This document shows positions 29,523 to 39,034 of a stretch of DNA of 64,000 bases, piece by piece (positions within the stretch are counted from its first letter, which is position 1; each line of letters opens with the position of its first letter). Source of the stretch: Candidatus Cloacimonadales bacterium. GTDB taxonomy: Bacteria > Cloacimonadota > Cloacimonadia > Cloacimonadales > DAONDQ01. The notes below the pieces were generated by a model, which saw only the letters and a list, made by a program, of their open reading frames with translations, did no database searches and was not told where the DNA came from. The position numbers and the translations under genes are program-made. The DNA is taken from assembly GCA_963662275.1 (NCBI GenBank), contig OY759316.1:1408001-1472000 (forward strand), written 5' to 3'.

Positions 29523-32025
29523 TTCTGCAAAGCTCGGTCATCATCACTTTAGCTGAATATGGCAGCACTGTTCCCGGTCCAAAGATGGCAGCAGCGCCGT
29601 GTTCTCTCAGGAATTCATAATCCTGGGCAGGAATCACTCCACCGACAACGACCATGATATCTTCTCTTCCCAACTTTTGAAGTTCTTCCATCAAAGCGGG
29701 GAGGAGGGTCTTATGTCCGGCTGCAAGGGAGCTCATACCTATAATATGCACATCATTCTCCACCGCTTGTTTGGCAGTTTCTTCCGGTGTCTGGAATAGC
29801 GGTCCGATATCCACATCGAATCCCATATCGGCGTAAGCAGTGGCAACGACCTTTGCCCCGCGGTCATGTCCGTCCTGACCCATCTTGGCGATGAGAATAC
29901 GCGGACGTCTTCCTTCCTCTTCAGCAAAAGCATCTGTCAAGGCACGGATTTCATCGAATTCAGACTTATTGGCATATTCGCTGCCATACACATTATTGAT
30001 GGTGCGAATTGTGGCTTTATGACGACCAAATATCTTTTCCATAGCGAACGATATCTCCCCTAATGTTGCCCTGGCTCGTGCTGCTTCAATGGAAAGCGCC
30101 AGGAGATTACCTTCACCTGTATCCGCAGCTTTGGTTATAGCTTCCAGACAGGCATCCACTTTAGATTGATCACGATTACTCTTTAATTCATGAAGCCGAC
30201 GTAATTGCGCTTCACGTACAGATGTATTATCAACTTCCAGGATTTCCATGGGTTGCTCTTTCTCTAAACGGTATTTATTCACACCGACGATCGTCTCGGC
30301 ACCGCTGTCTATATGTGCCTGGCGACGTGCAGCCGCTTCTTCAATTCTCATCTTGGGAAGTCCGGTTTCAATGGCTTTCGACATTCCGCCCAGTTCTTCC
30401 ACTTCCATAATATGATGCCAGCCACGTTTCATAATGGCATCGGTCAGGGCTTCCACATAATAAGAACCACCCCATGGATCCACGACTTTGCAGATACCCG
30501 TTTCATATTGAAGATACAACTGGGTGTTACGGGCAATACGAGCTGAGAAGTCTGTGGGAAGTGCGATGGCTTCATCCAGTGAATTGGTATGAAGTGACTG
30601 TGTATGTCCCAGCGTGGCAGCCAAAGCTTCCATGCAGGTACGGGTGATATTGTTGTAAGGATCCTGTTCTGTGAGGCTCCATCCTGAAGTTTGGGAATGA
30701 GTACGCAGAGCCATGGATTTCGGATCTTTCGGATTGAAATCTTTGATGAGCTTCGCCCAGATCACACGGGCAGCACGCAGCTTGGCGATTTCCATGAAGT
30801 AATTCATGCCTTCACCCCAGAAGAAGGAAAGACGAGGTGCGAAAGCATCGATGTCAATTCCTGCCTTGATTCCGGTACGAACGTATTCCAGTCCGTCAGC
30901 AAGCGTGTACGCCATTTCCAAATCAGCAGTTGCACCGGCTTCCTGCATATGATAACCGGAAATGCTGATGCTGTTGAACTTGGGCATATTCTTCGTCGTG
31001 AAACTGAATATATCCGCTATGATCTTCATGGAAGGTTCAGGCGGATAGATGTAGGTATTGCGCACCATGTATTCTTTTAAAATGTCATTTTGTATAGTTC
31101 CGATTAGTTTTTCCATGGAAACGCCCTGCTCTTCGGCAGCGACGATATAGAAGGCTAGTATTGGCAGCACTGCTCCGTTCATCGTCATGGAAACTGACAT
31201 CTGGTCTAAGGGAATGCCATCGAACAAGATCTTCATATCGAGGATGGAATCAATGGCTACACCCGCTTTACCCACGTCACCAATCACACGCGGATTGTCT
31301 GAATCATAGCCGCGATGTGTGGCAAGGTCGAAGGCAACGGACAAGCCTTTCTGTCCCATTGCAAGATTACGACGGTAGAAGGCATTCGATTCTTCTGCTG
31401 TGGAGAAGCCGGCATATTGTCGAATCGTCCAGGGCTTCTGGATGAACATGGAAGCATATGGTCCTCTCAGGAATGGCGGGATACCGGACATAAACTGCAA
31501 GTGCTGCAATACTTCCATATCCGCCTTCGTATAGAGCGGTTTCACATCTATCTGTTCATTCGTATGCCAGATAAGCTGATCGAATTTTTCCATCCTGTAC
31601 TTGAGCTGGGCAGCATCCTGCATACTCCAATGCATCAGTGTTTCATCAACTCCAGCATTAGCAAGATCTTCATCGAATTCAACTTCAAGTAGGGGAGACC
31701 CATGAGGCAATTCCTGCAATGCTGCTTTCTTCCATTCATTCAATGATTCATCTAATCCCCCCTTGGGGAGTGAATTGTCTAATCCCCCCTTGGGGAGTGA
31801 ATTGTCTAATCCCCCCTTGGGAAGTGAATTGTCTGCTCCCCCCTTGGGAAGTGAATTGTCTGCTCCCCCCTTGGGAAGTGAATTGTCTAATCCCCCCTTG
31901 GGAAGTGAATTGTCTAATCCCCCCTTGGGAAGGGGGGTAGGGGGGTCTATCCTCTCTGTCCTGTACGCTGTACGCTGTACGCTGTTCCCTTTTACCAACT
32001 CTATTTTCGTAAAGTCTGGTTTCAT
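29497..32025 (-). CDS. mutB: Methylmalonyl-CoA mutase large (catalytic, B12-binding) subunit with repeat-expanded N-terminus
   Basis: [23 protein letters not shown]12 motif [17 protein letters not shown]. Confidence 0.95.
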   Translation of the reverse strand: MKPDFTKIELVKGNSVQRTAYRTERIDPPTPLPKGGLDNSLPKGGLDNSLPKGGADNSLPKGGADNSLPKGGLDNSLPKGGLDNSLPKGGLDESLNEWKKAALQELPHGSPLLEVEFDEDLANAGVDETLMHWSMQDAAQLKYRMEKFDQLIWHTNEQIDVKPLYTKADMEVLQHLQFMSGIPPFLRGPYASMFIQKPWTIRQYAGFSTAEESNAFYRRNLAMGQKGLSVAFDLATHRGYDSDNPRVIGDVGKAGVAIDSILDMKILFDGIPLDQMSVSMTMNGAVLPILAFYIVAAEEQGVSMEKLIGTIQNDILKEYMVRNTYIYPPEPSMKIIADIFSFTTKNMPKFNSISISGYHMQEAGATADLEMAYTLADGLEYVRTGIKAGIDIDAFAPRLSFFWGEGMNYFMEIAKLRAARVIWAKLIKDFNPKDPKSMALRTHSQTSGWSLTEQDPYNNITRTCMEALAATLGHTQSLHTNSLDEAIALPTDFSARIARNTQLYLQYETGICKVVDPWGGSYYVEALTDAIMKRGWHHIMEVEELGGMSKAIETGLPKMRIEEAAARRQAHIDSGAETIVGVNKYRLEKEQPMEILEVDNTSVREAQLRRLHELKSNRDQSKVDACLEAITKAADTGEGNLLALSIEAARARATLGEISFAMEKIFGRHKATIRTINNVYGSEYANKSEFDEIRALTDAFAEEEGRRPRILIAKMGQDGHDRGAKVVATAYADMGFDVDIGPLFQTPEETAKQAVENDVHIIGMSSLAAGHKTLLPALMEELQKLGREDIMVVVGGVIPAQDYEFLREHGAAAIFGPGTVLPYSAKVMMTELCRRLQVTGNR
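31751..31990 (-). repeat. In-frame 27-bp tandem array (7x LPKGG) plus heptamer run in mutB
   Basis: Six units tctaatccccccttgggRagtgaattg (tgct variant in two), then the full hairpin copy ccccccttgggaaggggggtagggggg; (gctgtac)n at 31960-31990. Confidence 0.95.
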
Positions 32026-34160
32026 AACGCCACCCCCACTTTCTTCAAAACACGTGACAGAGTATCCACCACATCAGCACGAATATGAATGAATTCATCG
32101 ATACCCTGCGATTTGTAGGTTTCCACCATGTCTGTCGGATAACCAGCAAGAATGAGGCAGATATCCGATTTTGCTTTTCGAAGGAGCAGATCTATATGCG
32201 GAACAAGTTCCGGGTACATATCATCAGTAGCACAAATACAGACTGCTTCTGCACCTGATTCCAGGGCTGCTTTTACCGCATCTTCTACAGTCGCGAATCC
32301 CAACTCTTCAATGACTTTGAATCCGGCAGCAGAGAAGAATCCCTGGGCAAATTCAGCTCGAGCTTTATATTGGGCGATCGTTCCCATCGTTGCCAGGAAG
32401 ACAGCCGGACGCTTCCCTGCTGTATAAATATGACGTTCCACTGCAAGACGCATTGTTTCGTAAGGTTTGGAAAGCCTCGTAGGGGCGCATGGCAATACGC
32501 CCATCTGCTCTGCTTTATTTTCCATATTTTCGGGCGTATTGTCATGCGCCCCTACGCAATCATTCATGGGCGTACTTCCGCACGCCCCTACTAATATATC
32601 TTCATACGGATTGGCAAACATATTGGTACCCACAATCACATCCTTGCGGCTGCGAATATTTTTCTCACGCAGGGCAGCAATGGCTTTTATCTTATCATCT
32701 ATAAAATCATGTGCTTTACTCATTCCGCCTTTGCCTTCAATCTCCTGGAACAAAGCCCAGGCTTTTTCTGCGAGCTGGTTTGTCAGTGATTCAATGTACC
32801 AAGAACCACCGGCAGGATCTACAAGTGCATCGAGGTGAGTTTCTTCTTTTAAGATCAATTGCTGATTCCGGGCTATATGACGGGAGAATTCATCTCCTTC
32901 CCGAATCACAGAATCGAAGGCATCCACATGCAGGCTGTCTGTTCCGCCGAGAATGGCAGCAAACGCTTCAGTTGTAGAACGCAGGATATTTACATACGGA
33001 TCGAAAATTGTTTTATTATATTGTGAAGTTTTTGTATGCATCGTTATCTTCTGGGAATCGGTATGTCCGCCATAAGCTTTGACGATATTTGCCCACAAAT
33101 AGCGTGCAGCACGCAGCTTGGCAATTTCCATAAAGAAATTCGAGCCTATGCAAAACTCAAAGCGGATACGTGACGCAATATCATCTATCTTCATACCTCC
33201 ATCACCCAGGAGAGATATATGATGGTTACTCAATTCTTCAATCTTCTCTACGGCAATTGCAAAAGCTACCGCAAGTTCTTCCACAGCACTGGCACCACGA
33301 TTATGATAAACAGATGTATCCACGGAAATTGCATCCATCTTAGGGGCATGCTTCTTCATCCAATGCACGAACTGTAGCTTCGCTTGTAGCTCCGCCTTAA
33401 GACGGTTGTCTTTCTGCTCTGCCCTGTCATCTGACACCTGACACCCGACACCTGTGATGCTCCCTTCCACATCGTGAAGATTGATTCCATGCTTCTTGCA
33501 CCAATCCTGCAGCAACTCCGCAATCTTCAGCGGAACGCCATCGACCTTGAAATCGATCGCCACTGCTCTCAGGTCAATCCCCTCCAGCAATGCTTCCATA
33601 TCTTCTATCGTATTTAGTTGTAGCACTGCCTTCAGGCGGTTACCCTCTGCTCTGCTCTGCTCTGAAGCTCCCCCCTTGGGAAGTGAATTGTCTGCTCCCC
33701 CCTTGGGAAGGGGGGTAGGGGGGTCTATCTGCTCTGCCATTCTTAATTCTTCATTCTTAATTCTTAATTGCTCAGCAGCAGCAACTCTCACCGATACTCG
33801 ATCTAGCCCCCGCATCAATTCCTTTTTCAACACAGCATTCACTTGCTTTGGGTCGCTGCTGCTGGGAGCCTGCTGCGCTACGTCCCACGCTTTCACCACA
33901 TAACCTAAGGGATCCGTACCGCGAATGAATGAGTCAAAACCGGGCATGGAATCAGTATGTGGTAGATCGGCTGCATCTTCTTCCCGATAGATCGGCTGCA
34001 GATTGATGCCTTCATAAGTCGGAGTGATCATGGCTTTCTCAAATGGTACACCTTTCAATTGCGATTCAACAACTTTACGCCATTCTTCGTAGGAGGGAGG
34101 TGTAAAATCATCAGACAGCCGTAGCGGTTTTAAACCGGGCTGGTCAGTCGAATTTGACAT
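32022..34160 (-). CDS. mutA: Methylmalonyl-CoA mutase small (beta) subunit with several in-frame repeat inserts
   Basis: [27 protein letters not shown]; lacks DxHxxG; start placed at ATG 34160 after AGGAG. Confidence 0.92.
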   Translation of the reverse strand: MSNSTDQPGLKPLRLSDDFTPPSYEEWRKVVESQLKGVPFEKAMITPTYEGINLQPIYREEDAADLPHTDSMPGFDSFIRGTDPLGYVVKAWDVAQQAPSSSDPKQVNAVLKKELMRGLDRVSVRVAAAEQLRIKNEELRMAEQIDPPTPLPKGGADNSLPKGGASEQSRAEGNRLKAVLQLNTIEDMEALLEGIDLRAVAIDFKVDGVPLKIAELLQDWCKKHGINLHDVEGSITGVGCQVSDDRAEQKDNRLKAELQAKLQFVHWMKKHAPKMDAISVDTSVYHNRGASAVEELAVAFAIAVEKIEELSNHHISLLGDGGMKIDDIASRIRFEFCIGSNFFMEIAKLRAARYLWANIVKAYGGHTDSQKITMHTKTSQYNKTIFDPYVNILRSTTEAFAAILGGTDSLHVDAFDSVIREGDEFSRHIARNQQLILKEETHLDALVDPAGGSWYIESLTNQLAEKAWALFQEIEGKGGMSKAHDFIDDKIKAIAALREKNIRSRKDVIVGTNMFANPYEDILVGACGSTPMNDCVGAHDNTPENMENKAEQMGVLPCAPTRLSKPYETMRLAVERHIYTAGKRPAVFLATMGTIAQYKARAEFAQGFFSAAGFKVIEELGFATVEDAVKAALESGAEAVCICATDDMYPELVPHIDLLLRKAKSDICLILAGYPTDMVETYKSQGIDEFIHIRADVVDTLSRVLKKVGVAL
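32479..32591. repeat. Three GTAGGGGCG..CGCCC REPs in frame within mutA
   Basis: 32479-32502 forward; 32532-32555 and 32568-32591 reverse. Confidence 0.9.
33386..33454. repeat. REP plus heptamer composite in frame within mutA
   Basis: gtagctccgccttaagacggtt, tctgctctgc, (ctgacac)n. Confidence 0.8.
33620..33770. repeat. Four-part composite repeat in frame within mutA
   Basis: REP gtagcactgccttcaggcggt; (ctctg)x4; LPKGG 27-mer plus hairpin; (aattctt)n. Confidence 0.9.
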
Positions 34161-34418
34161 ATCAATATCTCCTGGAGTTTTTTGGGTAAACTTGATATGC
34201 CTGTTGATTGATGTCAATAATAAAACGGAACGCCGATTTCTTATCGGCGTGCGAGGTGAATTCTTTTCGCTTCTCTTCTCCGAAACGATAAGATATAAAC
34301 TTATTCTAAATCGATGTAAGTCTAGAATCTTGAGTACTATTTGCGAAAATAATGCAAATATCTTGACAAAAATACGGAAACGCATATCTTTTATATGTAT
34401 GTATTCATGGAGGTCAAC

Positions 34419-35690
34419 ATGCTTTTAGAATTCAGAGTTTCTAATTTCCGTTCCTTTTCAGAGGAAGTAGTATTCAGTATGGTTGCTGGTCCTTATAATG
34501 AACTGCCTGATAACACTTTTACAGTAGGGAAATTCACATTATTAAAAACGGCAGCTATCTATGGTGCTAATGCAAGCGGGAAAACAAATCTCATAAAAGC
34601 ATGGAGTTTCTTTAGAGAATTTGTGAAAGAATCTCATAAGGAAATGGATACTCCAAATAGGCAACCTTTTGCTTATAATTCAGAACCCTCAACTATTCCA
34701 ACAACTATGGAAGCAACTCTGCGAATAGATGGGGTTCGATATTGTTATGGCTTTTCATTAGATGATGAAGGAGTCTTAGAAGAACATCTGTTTTCTTATC
34801 CCGTTGGAGTTAAACGAACTCTCATAAAACGCGACAGAAATACACAAATAAAGACATGGATCAATCAGATTGAATTCAAAGAAGGACGTGGCATCGAGTC
34901 CAAAGTACGGGACAAAGCACTATTTCTTTCTGTAACTGCGCAATTCAATGGAGCCATTGCAACAAATGTAATAAAGGGAATTTTAAATGCTATAACTTTG
35001 TACCCTAGCGCAAGTATTACTTCATTATCACTCTCTGTATTTAAACCGGAAAGAATCGATCATGAAAAAACCAGAGAATTTTTAAAATTAGCTGATTCAG
35101 GCATTGATAACTTCAAGTATGATAAGATTGTAGTAAATGATGAACAAAAGTCATCTCGTAGTATGTCATTTAGAGTAAGGGGAAAAGCAGATGGATCGAC
35201 TGAACTCACACAAGAAACTGTAAGCACATATCATAAAAATAATAATGATGAATCAGTAATATTCTCCATGGATGATAATGAGTCAAGAGGAACACAGCGT
35301 ATTTTTGTGCTCTCCTCTCCGATTATTGACGCTTTAAAAGAAGGTTCCGTATTATTCATAGATGAGATAGAAAGTAGTCTGCATCCCTTATTGGCTCAAA
35401 CACTGGTCCAGATGTTTAATTCACCGGTTACAAATCCCAATAACGCACAACTTATATTCACAACACATGATACAAATTTATTGAACCCTGAGCTAATGAG
35501 AAGAGATCAGATCTGGTTTACTGAAAAATCGGAGCATAATAGCACTGACCTGTATTCTTTGTTAGAATTTAAGGGAGTCAGGAAAGAGGCATTCAGCGAT
35601 AAGAAGTATTTAGGAGGTAAGTATGGCGGAATTCCATTCTTATCCATTCATACCTTGGATAAATTTACATCCTCTAAGGTTAGTGAATAA
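34419..35690 (+). CDS. AAA_21-type ABC ATPase (RloA/AbiLi-like)
   Basis: YGANASGKTN, ESRGT, FIDEIESSLHP, QLIFTTHD, RRDQIWF, YLGGKYGG; start ATG 34419 after GGAGG. Confidence 0.9.
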   Translation: MLLEFRVSNFRSFSEEVVFSMVAGPYNELPDNTFTVGKFTLLKTAAIYGANASGKTNLIKAWSFFREFVKESHKEMDTPNRQPFAYNSEPSTIPTTMEATLRIDGVRYCYGFSLDDEGVLEEHLFSYPVGVKRTLIKRDRNTQIKTWINQIEFKEGRGIESKVRDKALFLSVTAQFNGAIATNVIKGILNAITLYPSASITSLSLSVFKPERIDHEKTREFLKLADSGIDNFKYDKIVVNDEQKSSRSMSFRVRGKADGSTELTQETVSTYHKNNNDESVIFSMDDNESRGTQRIFVLSSPIIDALKEGSVLFIDEIESSLHPLLAQTLVQMFNSPVTNPNNAQLIFTTHDTNLLNPELMRRDQIWFTEKSEHNSTDLYSLLEFKGVRKEAFSDKKYLGGKYGGIPFLSIHTLDKFTSSKVSE

Positions 35691-36307
35691 TGAAAAGGCA
35701 ATTGGGAGGGCTGAAACGGAAAACGGAGAGCCGTTATTTTAGGAAGAAAATACTGATTATTTGTTGCGGAGTGCAAACAGAGCCAAATTACTTCAGAGGC
35801 TTTCCTATTCCTCCAGAATATAACGTTGTTATTAACTCTGATGCTGTCGATTCTCTAAATATGGCTAAGAATGCAATTCAAATTATGAAAACGGAAATGA
35901 AGCGATCTTTTGCTTTTACCGAATGTTGGGTAGTATTCGATAAAGATAGCTTTCTGAATGATAATTTCGATAATGCTATCTGGATCATTGAAAAGAATAA
36001 ACTTCATGTTGCATACTCAAACCAGTGCTTTGAATTATGGTACCTTTTACATTTTGAGTTGTTACAATCTAGCCTGAATCGTTCAGATTATTGGACAAAA
36101 GTTACTACATACTTAGGAACAGTGAAATACCAGAAGAATTCTACAGATATGTATGATAGGTTGAAAGACAATCAGGAATATGCAATCAAAAATGCTGAAA
36201 AACTGTTAGAACAACATGAAGGAAAAACCTGTGCTAAAGCCGATCCTTCAACAACTGTGCATTTGCTTGTTCAGCGTTTGAATACGTTGTGGAAGGCACA
36301 AGTATAA
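35690..36307 (+). CDS. rloB: RloB family protein (AbiLii-like, TOPRIM-related)
   Basis: TEPNYF, WVVFDKD, SNQCFELWYLLHF, DPSTTV; overlaps the ATPase stop. Confidence 0.88.
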   Translation: MKRQLGGLKRKTESRYFRKKILIICCGVQTEPNYFRGFPIPPEYNVVINSDAVDSLNMAKNAIQIMKTEMKRSFAFTECWVVFDKDSFLNDNFDNAIWIIEKNKLHVAYSNQCFELWYLLHFELLQSSLNRSDYWTKVTTYLGTVKYQKNSTDMYDRLKDNQEYAIKNAEKLLEQHEGKTCAKADPSTTVHLLVQRLNTLWKAQV

Positions 36308-36310
36308 AAT

Positions 36311-37326
36311 ATGAAACAGATATCATCTAAAAAAAAGCATATAGATAGTAAAAATGAATCTCAATTATTTAGTACCCAGACACATCAATTAGTCAGGAAA
36401 ATTAGAGATTTGATTAATGAGGGTTGGAAGTCAAACCAATATCTATATGAAAATAGGAATATTTCTGGTTGGCACATGCTTTGTAGTGCTATGGATACAA
36501 TTGAAGATACAGATTTAGCTCAGAAAGCTTATCTCTCCTTAATAAATGAAGATAAATCAATTGGCGAAAAGTATCTTATATATATGGAATATTTCAAGTG
36601 CTATATAATCAATCAAACGCAATCAAGTCACTAACAATTTCTTTAGGATATTGTTATATCCTTAATGATTCAATGAAGAAAATTCGTGATATGAGATCTC
36701 TTATAATTGGACATCCGACAGATACCACAATTAGAGAGACAAAGCAGAAGTGTTCTAACGTCATTAATCGTTGGGATATGCAACTTGCAAAATTTCAACT
36801 TATTAAACGAACTTCAAACAAAGCTGGCTCTCAATATGAAAATATTGAGATGTTCAATTTGATACAGCAGCATAATAGCATAATTAATACTTATTTAAAA
36901 GATCTAATAAGACAAATTGAGGACGAAAGAATGAATGAAGCAAAAGAATATCTGAAAGAACGTCTCTCTCAATTTTTTCCAGACGATATAGATTATGGTT
37001 GTGGAGTTATATTTACTGCGATCCATGAACGAAGGGATTTCGCACGGGAACCTTTTGATCTTATAGAATTTAAAACATGTATAATCAAATTGCAAGAATC
37101 CTTGAAAAGGAAAAAGATGTTCAGTTCAGATTGGACAGAGGATACAAACAGGATAATTTATGCTCTTGACGAATTGATTAAGTACTTTTCTAATCCATTG
37201 AACCAAGGAAAAAACAAAGATTATGCACATATTTTTGCATACTTTATTCAAGCAGAAATGAATAGTTTAAAAGAAACTGCATATGATATCGATGAAGAAA
37301 ATGAAGAAATGGCAGAATCGAAATAA
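36311..37326 (+). pseudogene. Probable single HEPN-like gene split by a frameshift near (TA)n at 36577-36585
   Basis: Two overlapping ORFs; removing one TA joins them as KYLIYGIFQVLYNQSNA; RSLIIGHP motif. Confidence 0.55.
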
Positions 37327-37853
37327 GAAAGGACCAATCCTACAAATCTGCAAAACTTTTTAAATTCTATCATGAATATTAACACCTCCTGAATTATAAC
37401 CTGTAATTCAGCACCCAGTTTCTATTAACTCAAATTCCTTGTGGACCATTCAGAATGGAAGATATAAGAATGTAGATTTTAAGAACCTAAAAAATCGCCT
37501 CGACACTCTTCCCACATCTTCCAACCATATCTCATCTCATTCCTCATCCAGCACGTATATTCCACCCATAAATCACAATGGAAACTAAAAACTAGTAACT
37601 AAAAACTACAAGTTGCAGAGAAGAGCTTGAGGAATTACAAAAGAATTAAAAATTAAAAATTGCAGAGCAGGTTTCATAATGTAAGATGTTATATGGAAAA
37701 TGTGAGATTGAAGATGTAGCAGTTTGAAAACGTACAAAAACCAATAGGAGATTAACAGCTTTTCGACTTCATGTGATCTGTATTAGACCAGTATCGGAAC
37801 ACCCTGCGAAATCTCCTACCTGTATCTTGGACGAAAAAGGGTATGAATACTAT

Positions 37854-37924
37854 ATCATTACGGTACGAATACGGTTTTTTACCGTAATGCTACCGTAATG
37901 CTACCGTATTGGTACCGTAATGCT
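37854..37924. repeat. 11-bp-period palindromic repeat (accgtaatgct)
   Basis: Four direct units 37881-37924 and two inverted units 37854-37875 around a T-run. Confidence 0.8.
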
Positions 37925-38040
37925 CTTGCAGAATTTAAGAGTGAATATTGAAGATTGAAGATTGGCGGAGCAGATTTGAAGAATGGAAGATGAAAAGCAG
38001 ATGAATCCCCGACTAGGTCGGGAATGACATGATTATTAGT

Positions 38041-38793
38041 TTATTTTACTACAAATTCAAGGATTCTTCCAGTTTCAAAAGAGCCATAATGGCGGAATTC
38101 TACAGGTTTATCCCCTTTTTTAATCGTGACTTTCTTTCCACTCATCAAATCTGATATCTTAGCTGTTTTATTCGTGGAATCCCAGACCGCAACGACATCT
38201 TCGACTTTTATGTCGATTTTGAGGTTTGTGGAAAGACTTTCACCATTGACTGCTGTAATAGGGAGCTTTTCAGCGGATAGATCAAGAGGATACGTATATC
38301 TTTCTCTAACCCATAACTTGGTCACAGCATCCGGCTGATCAATATTGATTGTATATATGTGTTCGTATCTCGATTTAACCTGCTGATCAGTTGTAAAATC
38401 ACCCAAGGGGCTAACTGTAGCATTGTATGGTTCACGGTAGACAGACAAACCCAGTTTCGGAGTTTTCGAAATGAGATAAATTGAATAATACTTACTTTTC
38501 TTTTTTTCCATTGCTGCTAATACCTTCCAGGCACTTACACCCTTAAGCTTTTTATTCTCCAAATTTGCCAAAGTTATCTTCTGAGAATCAGTTATTTCGG
38601 TTATTGAGTCTGTGATTCCGAATACTTTAGCATTGGCTGTTTTGATTGCTTGTACCATTTCCACACTTGAAGATTTATTCTTACAACCGGATATTGATAA
38701 AAGTAAGATGATAAATAAGGCAATTAGTAGTACGTGCAGGAATATTGTGTGTTTGTGACAAGTATCAGAAAACATATTCATAATTATCTCCAA
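38041..38793 (-). CDS. Hypothetical lipoprotein
   Basis: Hydrophobic leader ending ISGC; start codon uncertain. Confidence 0.65.
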   Translation of the reverse strand: MEIIMNMFSDTCHKHTIFLHVLLIALFIILLLSISGCKNKSSSVEMVQAIKTANAKVFGITDSITEITDSQKITLANLENKKLKGVSAWKVLAAMEKKKSKYYSIYLISKTPKLGLSVYREPYNATVSPLGDFTTDQQVKSRYEHIYTINIDQPDAVTKLWVRERYTYPLDLSAEKLPITAVNGESLSTNLKIDIKVEDVVAVWDSTNKTAKISDLMSGKKVTIKKGDKPVEFRHYGSFETGRILEFVVK

Positions 38794-38921
38794 CCCTAAT
38801 TGAATATGTCATTTGTTATTTGTCAAGGGGATTGCAGAAGTGAATAGCGAAAAGGGAGTAGGGAATAGCCCAGAATGAGGTTTGTGGAGATGATTTGTTA
38901 ATTTTTAACACTTGGTGTGAT

Positions 38922-38998
38922 AGATGATAGCCCATAGAGTAAGCTATGGGACTTTTAAACATTTGTGCCAGATGATAGCCCATAGCGTAAGCTATGGG
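38922..38998 (+). repeat. REPs AGATGATAG-CCCATAGCGTAAGCTATGGG (left module of tnpA locus)
   Basis: Two copies; same family at 43492-43742. Confidence 0.9.
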
Positions 38999-39034
38999 GA
39001 AACGTTGAATGGGAAATGTTGATTAAGAGGTGTC

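Noticed and set aside
34121..34143. Additional REP in the MutA N-terminus (gtag-cggttt-t-aaaccg)
   Set aside because: Short, single copy and only loosely like the 63154 family; could be chance.
34161..34385. 75-aa N-terminal extension of MutA, or a cobalamin riboswitch
   Set aside because: Good RBS at ATG 34160 with an upstream TTGACA; one hairpin (about 34230-34250) but no B12-box motifs recognised.
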